Below, one piece after another: positions 9,871-22,900 of a DNA stretch of 64,000 bases. Both the position numbers and the translations under genes were made by a program. The notes beneath the pieces are model-generated. The model worked only from the letters and a program-made list of their open reading frames with translations. It ran no database searches and had not been told where the DNA came from. How positions within the stretch are numbered: the stretch's first letter is position 1; every line of letters begins with the position of its first letter. The DNA is from Eledone cirrhosa (lineage: Eukaryota). The DNA lies in NCBI GenBank assembly GCA_964016885.1, contig OZ024740.1, positions 16,306,001 to 16,370,000 on the forward strand. Reading direction: 5' to 3'.

Positions 9871-9903
9871 TATATATATATATATATATATTTTTTTTTT
9901 TTT
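9871..9903 (+). repeat. (TA)10 followed by poly-T
   Basis: Read directly. Confidence 0.95.
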
Positions 9904-10161
9904 CTACTAGCATTTCAAGGGGTCCGTCGAGCCGCAAATTACAGAGTCGGGTAAGATCGATACAGACCGAACCTTGAGCTGATCAGTGGCGAAACGCACG
10001 TCACCAACCAATAAATGTAATGAAGCAGTAACCAATTGTCCTTGTTATTTTTTCACTATAATACACTCTGTCTAGCTCTACACCTCGACACTGAAGTGAA
10101 CCTAAACACCGAGTGCTCACCCGGGTGACCCTACAGTAACTCCAAGTTACACTCACTGGAT

Positions 10162-10163
<2 letters not shown>

Positions 10164-10244
<81 letters not shown>
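10164..10244 (+). repeat. (AT)~40 microsatellite
   Basis: Read directly. Confidence 0.97.
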
Positions 10245-10247
<3 letters not shown>

Positions 10248-10850
10248 CAAGAAAGAAGAGTGACACGGTTTGATACAATAAGGGCTTTAATCACATTGCT
10301 GACAATTGTTTCTCTGAACTGGTAGGTCTAGAGATCGCTACCCGCCTGTTTCTGCGTCATTCGATCACCAATACATAGTTATAACCAGTCAATTTTTCAG
10401 ATCTTGCGGGAAGGAAGGGAATACACAGGCATGATTTCTATATATAGTACTGGCATTAAATCAGAACAATAATAACAATACTAACAATAAATTAGTTGAA
10501 ATAATCACAACATCAATCTAAGTAAGATATAGAGTATACTTATGACTTTAGCAAGTAAAACGAGCTGATATGAGACAGATGTATGAAATTGACATGTAAA
10601 AGCTGTCATGGGGTGTATTATATATAGTGTAGAGATAAGCAGGGGCTTGAAACAATGTACCATTTCCTTTACCGTAGGTTTGCTGACCGTAAGAATTATT
10701 TATTATCTGACAGATAAAATATTTACATTGTAGTGAGGATGGTAATTTTTATGTGGTGTAAAGCGGATTCATTATTTAAGTGGTCTATATTAGATGAAGG
10801 GATTGTTAGTTCGAATCATGGGGTTGTTTAGCTTTCACATCATCAATTAC
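10245..10850 (-). mobile_element. Probable Penelope-like element 3' remnant
   Basis: Frameshifted minus-strand peptides ESALHHIK/YHPHYNVNILS..LR*/EMVHCFKPLL resemble a GIY-YIG C-terminus. A downstream GAAAC-AATT-GTC motif resembles half of a hammerhead ribozyme. Heavily degenerate. Confidence 0.4.
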
Positions 10851-10869
10851 ATGCATGTATAAGATAACT

Positions 10870-10922
10870 GTTTCTACTTTAGGCACAAGGCCAGCAAATT
10901 ACCCAGTGCATTACTGGTACTT
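10870..10922 (-). mobile_element. SINE 3' fragment directly abutting the satellite
   Basis: Reverse complement AAGTACCAGTAATGCACTGGGTAATTTGCTGGCCTTGTGCCTAAAGTAGAAAC vs 9421-9473 AAGTACTAGTAATACATTGGGATAATTGCTGGCCTTGTGCCAAACGTAGAAAC. Confidence 0.85.
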
Positions 10923-13900
10923 TAGACAGAGGTTTACTGGGAGACATCAGTGTAAATATGGTGGCTTCTAGACAAAGCTTTACAGGGAGACATCAGTGTA
11001 AATATGGTGGCTTCTAGACAGAGCTTTACAGGGAGACATCAGTGTAAATATGGTGGCTTCTAGACAGAGCTTTACAGGGAGTCATCAGTGTAAAAATGGT
11101 TGCTTCTGGACAGAGGTTTACAGGGAGACATCAGTGTAAATATGGTGGCTTCTGAACAGAGGTTTACAGGGAGACATCAGTGTAAATATGTTGGCTTCTA
11201 GACAGAGGTTTACAGGGAGACATCAGTGTAAATAAGGTGGCTTCTGGATAGAGGTTTACAGGGAGACATCAGTGTAAATATGGTGGCTTCTGGACAGAGG
11301 TTTACAGGGAGACATCAGTGTAAATATGGTGGCTTCTGGACAGAGCTTTACAGGGAGACATCAGTGTAAATATGGTGGCTTCTGGACAGAGCTTTACAGG
11401 GAGACATCAGTGTAAATATGGTGGCATCTGGACAAAGGTTTAAAGGGACACATCAGTGTAAATATGATGGCTTCTAGACAGAGCTTTACAGTGAGACATC
11501 AGTGTAGATATGGTGGCTTCTAGACAGAGCTTTACAGGGAGACATCAGTGTAAATATGGTGGCTTCTAGACAGAGCTTTACAGGGAGACATCAGTGTAAA
11601 TATGGTGGCTTCTGGATAGAGGTTTACGGGGAGACATCAGTGTAAATATGGTGGCTTCTGGACAGAGGTTTACAGGTAGACATCAGTGTAAATATGGTGG
11701 CTTCTAGACAGAGGTTTACAGGGAGATATCAGTGTAAATATGGTGGCTTCTGGACAGAGGTTTATAGGGAGACATCAGTGTAAATATGGTGGCTTCTGGA
11801 AAGAGCCTTACAGGGAGATATCAGTGAAAATATGGTGGCTTCTGGACAGAGATTTACAGGGAGACATCAGTGTAAATATGGTGGCTTCTGGACAGAGTTT
11901 TACAGGGAGACATCAGTGTAAATATGGTGGCTTCTAGACAGAGGTTTACAGGGAGACATCAGTGTAAATATGGTGGCTTCTGGACAGAGGTTTACAGGGA
12001 GCCATCAGTGTAAATATGGTGGCTTCTGGACAGAGGTTTACAGGGAGACATTAGTGTAAGTATGGTGGCTTCTGGACAGAGCTTTACAGGGAGACATCAG
12101 TGTAAATATGTTGGCTTCTGGACAGAAGTTTACAGAGAGAATCAGTATAAATATGGTGGCTTCTGGACAGAGGTTTACAGGGAGACATCAGTGTAAATAT
12201 GGTGGCTTCTAGATAGAGGTTTACAGGGAGACATCAGTGTAAATATGGTGGCTTCTGGACAGAGCTTTACAGGGAGATATCAGAGTAAATATCGTGGCTT
12301 CTAGACAAAGATTTACAGGGAGACATCAGTGTAAATATGGTGGCTTCTCGACAGAGGTTTACATAGAGATATCAGTGTAAATATGGTGGGTTCTGGACAG
12401 AGGTTTATAGGGAGACATCAGTGTAAATATGGTGGCTTTTGGACAGAGGTTTACAGGTAGACATCAGTGTAAATATAGTGGCTTCTAGACAGAGGTTTAC
12501 AGGGAGATATCAGTGTAAATATGGTGGCTTCTGGACAGAGGTTTATAGGGAGACATCAGTGTAAATATGGTGGCTTCTGGAAAGAGCCTTACAGGGAGAT
12601 ATCAGTGAAAATATGGTGGCTTCTGGACAGAGATTTACAGGGAGACATCAGTGTAAATATGTTGGCTTCTGGACAGAAGTTTACAGAGAGAATCAGTATA
12701 AATATGGTGGCTTCTGGACAGAGGTTTACAGGGAGACATCAGTGTAAATATGGTGGCTTCTAGATAGAGGTTTACAGGGAGACATCAGTGTAAATATGGT
12801 GGCTTCTGGACAGAGCTTTACAGGGAGATATCAGAGTAAATATCGTGGCTTCTAGACAAAGATTTACAGGGAGACATCAGTGTAAATATGGTGGCTTCTG
12901 GACAGAGGTTTACAGGGAGATATCAGTGTAAATATGGTGGCTTCTGGACAGAGGTTTATAGGGAGACATCAGTGTAAATATGGTGGCTTCTGGACAGAGG
13001 TTTACAGGTAGACATCAGTGTAAATATGGTGGCTTCTAGACAGAGGTTTACAGGGAGATATCAGTGTAAATATGGTGGCTTCTGGACAGAGGTTTATAGG
13101 GAGACATCAGTGTAAATATGGTGGCTTCTGGAAAGAGCCTTACAGGGAGATATCAGTGAAAATATGGTGGCTTCTGGACAGAGATTTACAGGGAGACATC
13201 AGTGTAAATATGGTGGCTTCTGGACAGAGTTTTACAGGGAGACATCAGTGTAAATATGGTGGCTTCTAGACAGAGGTTTACAGGGAGACATCAGTGTAAA
13301 TATGGTGGCTTCTGGACAGAGGTTTACAGGGAGCCATCAGTGTAAATATGGTGGCTTCTGGACAGAGGTTTACAGGGAGACATTAGTGTAAGTATGGTGG
13401 CTTCTGGACAGAGCTTTACAGGGAGACATCAGTGTAAATATGTTGGCTTCTGGACAGAAGTTTACAGAGAGAATCAGTATAAATATGGTGGCTTCTGGAC
13501 AGAGGTTTACAGGGAGACATCAGTGTAAATATGGTGGCTTCTAGATAGAGGTTTACAGGGAAACATCAGTGTAAATATGGTGGCTTCTGGACAGAGCTTT
13601 ACAGGGAGATATCAGAGTAAATATCGTGGCTTCTAGACAAAGCTTTACAGGGAGACATCAGTGTAAATATGGTGGCTTCTGGACAGAGGTTTACAGGGAG
13701 ATATCAGTGTAAATATGGTGGCTTCTGGATAGAGCTTTACAGGGAGATATCAGAGTAAATATGGTGGGTTCTAGACAGAGGTTTACAGGGAGACATCAGT
13801 GTAAATAGTGTGGCTTCTGGACAGAGGTTTATAGGGAGACATCAGTGTAAATATGGTGGCTTCTGGACAGAGTTTTACAGGGAGACATCAGTGTAAATAT

Positions 13901-16900
13901 GTTGGCTTCTGGACAGAAGTTTACAGAGAGTATCAGTGTAAATATGGTGACTTCTGGACAGAGGTTTACAGGGAGACATCAGTGTAAATATGGTGGGTTC
14001 TAGACAGAGGTTTACAGGGAGACATCTGTGTAAATATGGTGGCTTCTGGAAAGAGCCTTACAGGGAGATATCAGTGAAAATATGGTGGCTTCTGGACAGA
14101 GATTTACAGGGAGACATCAGTGTAAATATGGTGGCTTCTGGACAGAGTTTTACAGGGAGACATCAGTGTAAATATGGTGGCTTCTGGACAGAGCTTTACA
14201 GGGAGATATCAGAGTAAATATCGTGGCTTCTAGACAAAGATTTACAGGGAGACATCAGTGTAAATATGGTGGCTTCTCGACAGAGGTTTACATAGAGATA
14301 TCAGTGTAAATATGGTGGGTTCTGGACAGAGGTTTATAGGGAGACATCAGTGTAAATATGGTGGCTTCTGGACAGAGGTTTACAGGTAGACATCAGTGTA
14401 AATATAGTGGCTTCTAGACAGAGGTTTACAGGGAGATATCAGTGTAAATATGGTGGCTTCTGGACAGAGGTTTATAGGGAGACATCAGTGTAAATATGGT
14501 GGCTTCTGGAAAGAGCCTTACAGGGAGATATCAGTGAAAATATGGTGGCTTCTGGACAGAGATTTACAGGGAGACATCAGTGTAAATATGTTGGCTTCTG
14601 GACAGAAGTTTACAGAGAGAATCAGTATAAATATGGTGGCTTCTGGACAGAGGTTTACAGGGAGACATCAGTGTAAATATGGTGGCTTCTAGATAGAGGT
14701 TTACAGGGAGACATCAGTGTAAATATGGTGGCTTCTGGACAGAGCTTTACAGGGAGATATCAGAGTAAATATCGTGGCTTCTAGACAAAGATTTACAGGG
14801 AGACATCAGTGTAAATATGGTGGCTTCTGGACAGAGGTTTACAGGGAGATATCAGTGTAAATATGGTGGCTTCTGGACAGAGGTTTATAGGGAGACATCA
14901 GTGTAAATATGGTGGCTTCTGGACAGAGGTTTACAGGTAGACATCAGTGTAAATATGGTGGCTTCTAGACAGAGGTTTACAGGGAGATATCAGTGTAAAT
15001 ATGGTGGCTTCTGGACAGAGGTTTATAGGGAGACATCAGTGTAAATATGGTGGCTTCTGGAAAGAGCCTTACAGGGAGATATCAGTGAAAATATGGTGGC
15101 TTCTGGACAGAGATTTACAGGGAGACATCAGTGTAAATATGGTGGCTTCTAGACAGAGGTTTACAGGGAGACATCAGTGTAAATATGGTGGCTTCTGGAC
15201 AGAGGTTTACAGGGAGCCATCAGTGTAAATATGGTGGCTTCTGGACAGAGGTTTACAGGGAGACATTAGTGTAAGTATGGTGGCTTCTGGACAGAGCTTT
15301 ACAGGGAGACATCAGTGTAAATATGTTGGCTTCTGGACAGAAGTTTACAGAGAGAATCAGTATAAATATGGTGGCTTCTGGACAGAGGTTTACAGGGAGA
15401 CATCAGTGTAAATATGGTGGCTTCTAGATAGAGGTTTACAGGGAAACATCAGTGTAAATATGGTGGCTTCTGGACAGAGCTTTACAGGGAGATATCAGAG
15501 TAAATATCGTGGCTTCTAGACAAAGCTTTACAGGGAGACATCAGTGTAAATATGGTGGCTTCTGGACAGAGGTTTACTGGGAGATATCAGTGTAAATATG
15601 GTGGCTTCTGGATAGAGCTTTACAGGGAGATATCAGAGTAAATATGGTGGGTTCTAGACAGAGGTTTACAGGGAGACATCAGTGTAAATAGTGTGGCTTC
15701 TGGACAGAGGTTTATAGGGAGACATCAGTGTAAATATGGTGGCTTCTGGACAGAGTTTTACAGGGAGACATCAGTGTAAATATGTTGGCTTCTGGACAGA
15801 AGTTTACAGAGAGTATCAGTGTAAATATGGTGACTTCTGGACAGAGGTTTACAGGGAGACATCAGTGTAAATATGGTGGGTTCTAGACAGAGGTTTACAG
15901 GGAGACATCTGTGTAAATATGGTGGCTTCTGGAAAGAGCCTTACAGGGAGATATCAGTGAAAATATGGTGGCTTCTGGACAGAGATTTACAGGGAGACAT
16001 CAGTGTAAATATGGTGGCTTCTGGACAGAGTTTTACAGGGAGACATCAGTGTAAATATGGTGGCTTCTGGACAGAGGTTTACAGGGAGACATCAGTGTAA
16101 ATATGGTGGCTTCTAGATAGAGCTTTACAGGGGAGACATCAGTGTAAATATGGTGGCTTCTAGACAGAGCTTTACAGGGAGACATCAGTGTAAATATGGT
16201 GGCTTCTAGACAGAGCTTTACAGGGAGACATCAGAGTAAATATGGTGGCTTCTAGACAGAGGTTTACAGGGAGACATCAGTGTAAATATGGTGGCTTCTG
16301 GACAGAGGTTTACAGGGAGACATCAGTGTAAATATGGTGGCTTCTAGATAGAGGTTTACAGGGAGACATCAGTGTAAATATGGTGGCTTCTAGATAGAGC
16401 TTTACAGGGAGACATCAGTGTAAATATGGTGGCTTCTAGACAGAGGTTTACAGGGAGACATCAGTGTAAATATGGTGGCTTCTGGATAGAGCCTTACAGG
16501 TTGATATCAGTGAAAATATGGTGGCTTCTGGACAGAGGTTTACAGGGAGACATCAGTGTAAATATGGTGGGTTCTAGACAGAGGTTTACAGGGAGACATC
16601 TGTGTAATTATGGTGGCTTCTGTACAGAGGTTTACAGGGAGACATAAGTGTAAATATGGTGGCTTCTAGATAGAGGTTTACAGGGAGACATCAGTGTAAA
16701 TATGGTGGCTTCTAGACAGAGGTTTACTGGGAGACATTAGTGTAAATATGCTGGCTTCTAGACAAAGCTTTACAGGCAGACATCAGTGTAAAGATGGTGG
16801 CTTCTAGACAGAAGTTTACAGGGAGACATCAGTGTAAATGTGGTGGCATCTGGACAGAGGTTTATAGGGAGACATCAGTGTAAATATGGTGTCTTCTGGA

Positions 16901-19900
16901 CAGAGCTTTACAGGGAGACATTAGTGTAAATATGGTGGCTTCTAGACAGAGTTTTACAGGGAGATATCGGAGTAAATATGGTGGGTTCTGGACAGAGGTT
17001 TACAGGGAGACATCAGTGTAAATATGATGGCTTCTAGACAGAGGTTTACAGGGAGACATCAGTGTAAATATGGTGGCTTCTAGACGGAGGTTTACAGGGA
17101 GATATCAGTGGAAATATGGTGTCTTCTGGACAGAGGTTTACAGGGAGATATTAGTGTAAATATGGTGTCTTCTGGACAGAGCTTTACAGGGAGATATCAG
17201 AGTAAATATGGTGGCTTCTAGACAAAGCTTTACAGGGAAACATCAGTGTAAATATGGTGGTTTCTAGACAGAGGTTTACTGGGAGACATCAGTGTAAATA
17301 TGGTGGCTTCTAGACAAAGCTTTACAGGGAGATATCAGTGTAAATATGGTGGCTTCTAGACAGAGCTTTACAGGGAGACATCAGTGTAAATATGGTGGCT
17401 TCTAGACAGAGCTTTACAGGGAGACATCAGTGTAAAAATGGTTGCTTATGGACAGAGGTTTACAGGGAGACATCAGTGTAAATATGGTGGCTTCTGAACA
17501 GAGGTTTACAGGGAGACATCAGTGTAAATATGTTGGCTTCTAGACAGAGGTTTACAGGGAGACATCAGTGTAAATAAGGTGGCTTCTGGATAGAGGTTTA
17601 CAGGGAGACATCAGTGTAAATATGGTGGCTTCTGGACAGAGGTTTACAGGGAGACATCAGTGTAAATATGGTGGCTTCTGGACAGAGCTTTACAGGGTGA
17701 TATCAGTGTAAATATGGAGGCTTCTGGGCAGAGCTTTACAGGGAGACATCAGTGTAAATATGGTGGCTTCTGGACAGAGGTTTACAGCGAGACATCAGTG
17801 TAAATATGGTGGGTCCTAGACAGAGCTTTACAGGGAGATATCAGAGTAAATATGGTAGCTTCTGGACAGAGGTTTACAGGGAGACATCAGTGTAAATATG
17901 GTGGCATCTGGACAGAGGTTTACAAGGAGACATCAGTGTAAATATGGTGGCTTCTGGACAGAGCTTTACAGGGAGATATCAGTGTAAATATGGTGGCTTC
18001 TGGACAGAGGTTTACAGGGAGACATCAGTGTAAATGTGGTGACTTCTGGACAGAGGTTTACAAGGAGACATCAGCGTAAATATGGTGGCTTCTGGACAGA
18101 GCTTTACAGGGAGACATTAGTGTAAATATGGTGGCTTCTGGACAGAGCTTTACAAGGAGACATCAGTGTAAATATGGTGGCTTCTGGACAGAGGTTTACA
18201 GGGAGACATCAGTGTAAATGTGGTGACTTCTGGACAGAGGTTTACAAGGAGACATCAGCGTAAATATGGTGGCTTCTGGACAGAGGTTTACAGGGAGACA
18301 TTAGTGTAAATACGGTGGCTTCTACATAGAGGTTTACAGGAAGACTTCAGTGTAAATATGGTGGCTTCTCGACAGAGGTTTACAGGGAGATATCAGTGTA
18401 AATATGGTGGCTTCTAGACAGAGCTTTACAGGGAGATATCAGAGTAAATATGGTGGCTTCTAGACAAAGAGTTACAGGGAGACATCAGTGTAAACATGGT
18501 TGCTTCCAGACAGAGGTTTACTGGGAGATATCAGTGTAAATATGGTGGCTTCTAGACAAAGCTTTACAGGGAGACATCAGTGTAAATATGGTGGCTTCTG
18601 GACAGAGGTTTACAGGGAGATATCAGTGTAAATATGGTGGCTTCTAGACAGAGATTTGCAGGGAGACATCAGTGTAAATATGGTGGCTTCTGGACAGAGG
18701 TTTACAGGGAGACATCAGAGTAAATATGGTGGCCTCTGGACAAAGGTTTACAAGGACGAATCAGTGTAAATATGGTGGCTTCTAGACAGAGCTTTACAGG
18801 GAGATGTCAGAGTAAATATGGTGGCTTCTAGACAGAGGTTTACAGGGAAACATCAGTGTAAATATGGTGGCTTCTGGATAGAGGTTTACAGGGAGACATC
18901 AGTGTAAATATGGTGGCTTCTGGACAGAGGTTTACAGGAAGACATTAGTGTAAATATGGTGGCTTCTGGACAGAGGTTTATAGAGAGACATCAGTGTTAA
19001 TATGGTGGCTTCTGGACAGAGGTTTACAGGGAGACATCAGTGTAAACGTGGTGGCATCTGGACAGAGGTTTACAGGGAGACATCAGTGTAAATATGGTGG
19101 CTTCTGGACAGAGGTTTACAGGGAGACATCAGTGTAAATATGGTGGCTTCTGGACAGAGGTTTACAGGGAGACATCAGAGTAAATATGGTGGCTTCTAGA
19201 CAGAGCTTTACAGGGAGACATCAGTGTAAATATGGTGGCATCTGGACAGAGGTTTACAGGGAGACATCAGTGTAAATATGGTGGCTTCTGGACAGAGCTT
19301 TACAGTGAGACATTAGTGTAAATATGGTGGCTTCTAGACAGAGGTTTACAGGGAGACATTAGTGTAAATATGGTGGCTTCTAGACAGAGCTTTACAGGGA
19401 GATATCAGAGTAAATATGGTGGCTTCTAAACAAAGCTTTACAGGGAGAGATCACTGTAAATATGGTGGCTTCTAGACAGGTTTACTGGGATACATCACTG
19501 TAAATATCGTGGCTTCTGGACAAAGCTTTACAGGGAGACATCAGTGTAAATATTGTGGCTTCTGGATAGAGCTTTACAGGGAGATATCAGAGTAAATATG
19601 GTTGGTTCTGGATAGAGCTTTACAGGGAGATATCAGAGTAAATATGGTGGGTTCTAGACAGAGGTTTACAGGGAGACATAAGTGTAAATAGTGTGGCTTC
19701 TGGACAGAGGTTTATAGGGAGACATCAGTGTAAATATGGTGGCTTCTGGACAGAGTTTTACAGGGAGACATCAGTGTAAATATGTTGGCTTCTGGACAGA
19801 AGTTTACAGAGAGTATCAGTGTAAATATGGTGACTTCTGGACAGAGGTTTACAGGGAGACATCAGTGTAAATATGGTGGGTTCTAGACAGAGGTTTACAG

Positions 19901-22900
19901 GGAGACATCTGTGTAAATATGGTGGCTTCTGGAAAGAGCCTTACAGGGAGATATCAGTGAAAATATGGTGGCTTCTGGACAGAGATTTACAGGGAGACAT
20001 CAGTGTAAATATGGTAGCTTCTGGACAGAGTTTTACAGGGAGACATCACTGTAAATATGGTGGCTTCTGGACAGAGGTTTACAGGGAGACATCAGTGTAA
20101 ATATGGTGGCTTCTAGATAGAGGTTTACAGGGAGACATCAGTGTAAATATGGTGGCTTCTAGATAGAGCTTTACAGGGAGACATCAGTGTAAATATGGTG
20201 GCTTCTAGACAGAGCTTTACAGGGAGACATCAGTGTAAATATGGTGGCTTCTGGACAGAGGTTTACAGGGAGACATCAGTGTAAATATGGTGGCTTCTAG
20301 ATAGAGGTTTACAGGGAGACATCAGTGTAAATATGGTGGCTTCTAGATAGAGCTTTACAGGGAGACATCAGTGTAAATATGGTGGCTTCTAGACAGAGGT
20401 TTACAGGGAGACATCAGTGTAAATATGGTGGCTTCTGGATAGAGCCTTACAGGTTGATATCAGTGAAAATATGGTGGCTTCTGGACAGAGGTTTACAGGG
20501 AGACATCAGTGTAAATATGGTGGGTTCTAGACAGAGGTTTACAGGGAGACATCTGTGTAAATATGGTGGCTTCTGTACAGAGGTTTACAGGGAGACATAA
20601 GTGTAAATATGGTGGCTTCTAGATAGAGGTTTACAGGGAGACATCAGTGTAAATATGGTGGCTTCTAGACAGAGGTTTACTGGGAGACATCAGTGTAAAT
20701 ATGCTGGCTTCTAGACAAAGCTTTACAGGAAGACATCAGTGTAAAGATGGTGGCTTCTAGACAGAAGTTTACAGGGAGACATCAGTGTAAATGTGGTGGC
20801 ATCTGGACAGAGGTTTATAGGGAGACATCAGTGTAAATATGGTGTCTTCTGGACAGAGCTTTACAGGGAGACATTAGTGTAAATATGGTGGCTTCTAGAC
20901 AGAGTTTTACAGGGAGATATCAGAGTAAATATGGTGGGTTCTGGACAGAGGTTTACAGGGAGACATCAGTGTAAATATGGTGGCTTCTAGACAGAGGTTT
21001 ACAGGGAGACATCAGTGTAAATATGGTGGCTTCTAGACGGAGGTTTACAGGGAGATATCAGTGTAAATATGGTGTCTTCTGGATAGAGGTTTACAGGGAG
21101 ATATTAGTGTAAATATGGTGTCTTCTGGACAGAGCTTTACAGGGAGATATCAGATTAATATGGTGGCTTCTAGACAAAGCTTTACAGGGAGACATCAGTG
21201 TAAATATGGTGGCTTCTGGACAGAGGTTTACAGGGAGATATCAGTGTAAATATGGTGGCTTCTAGACAGAGATTTGCAGGGAGACATCAGTGTAAATATG
21301 GTGGCTTCTGGACAGAGGTTTACAGGGAGACATCAGTGTAAATATGGTGGCTTCTAGACAAAGCTTTACAGGGAGACATCAGTGTAAATATGGTGGCTTC
21401 TAGACAGAGCTTTACAGGGAGACATCAGTGTAAATATGGTGGCTTCTAGACAGAGCTTTACAGGGAGACAACAGTGTAAAAATGGTTGCTTCTGGACAGA
21501 GGTTTACAGGGAGACATCAGTGTAAATATGGTGGCTTCTGAACAGAGGTTTACAGGGAGACATCAGTGTAAATATGTTGGCTTCTAGACAGAGGTTTACA
21601 GGGAGACATCAGTGTAAATAAGGTGGCTTCTGGATAGAGGTTTACAGGGAGACATCAGTGTAAATATGGTGGCTTCTGGACAGAGGTTTACAGGGAGACA
21701 TCAGTGTAAATATGGTGGCTTCTGGACAGAGCTTTACAGGGTGATATCAGTGTAAATATGGAGGCTTCTGGACAGAGCTTTACAGGGAGACATCAGTGTA
21801 AATATGGTGGCTTCTGGACAGAGGTTTACAGGGAGACATCAGTGTAAATATGGTGGGTCCTAGACAGAGCTTTACAGGGAGATATCAGAGTAAATATGGT
21901 AGCTTCTGGACAGAGGTTTACAGGGAGACATCAGTGTAAATATGGTGGCATCTGGACAGAGGTTTACAAGGAGACATCAGTGTAAATATGGTGGCTTCTG
22001 GACAGAGCTTTACAGGGAGATATCAGTGTAAATATGGTGGCTTCTGGACAGAGGTTTACAGGGAGACATCAGTGTAAATGTGGTGACTTCTGGACAGAGG
22101 TTTACAAGGAGACATCAGCGTAAATATGGTGGCTTCTGGACAGAGCTTTACAGGGAGACATTAGTGTAAATATGGTGGCTTCTGGACAGAGCTTTACAAG
22201 GAGACATCAGTGTAAATATGGTGGCTTCTGGACAGAGCTTTACAGGGAGACATCAGTGTAAATATGGTGGCATCTGGACAAAGGTTTATAGGGACACATC
22301 AGTGTAAATATGATGGCTTCTAGACAGAGCTTTACAGTGAGACATCAGTGTAAATATGGTGGCTTCTAGACAGAGCTTTACAGGGAGACATCAGTGTAAA
22401 TATGGTGGCTTCTAGACAGAGCTTTACAGGGAGACATCAGTGTAAATATGGTGGCTTCTGGACTGAGGTTTACAGGGAGCCATCAGTGTAAATATGGTGG
22501 CTTCTGGACAGAGGTTTACAGGGAGACATTAGTGTAAATACGGTGGCTTCTACATAGAGGTTTACAGGGAGACTTCAGTGTAAATATGGTGGCTTCTAGA
22601 CAGAGATTTACAGGGAGACATCTGTGTAAATATGGTGGCTTCTGGACAGAGGTTTACAGGGAGATATCAGTGTAAATATGGTGGCTTCTAGACAGAGCTT
22701 TACAGGGAGATATCAGAGTAAATATGGTGGCTTCTAGACAAAGCGTTACAGGGAGACATCAGTGTAAACATGGTTGCTTCCAGACAGAGGTTTACTGGGA
22801 GACATCAGTGTAAATATGGTGGCTTCTAGACAAAGCTTTACAGGGAGACATCAGTGTAAATATGGTGGCTTCTGGACAGAGGTTTACAGGGAGATATCAG

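Noticed and set aside
9975-10015. Hammerhead ribozyme CTGATCA-GTGGC-GAAACGCACGTC
   Set aside because: The core is CUGAUCA rather than CUGAnGA and no stem I pairing is found.
10931-10990. GGTTTACAGGG as a telomeric repeat
   Set aside because: It occurs once per 46 bp rather than as tandem TTAGGG. The similarity to telomere motifs is short and probably coincidental.
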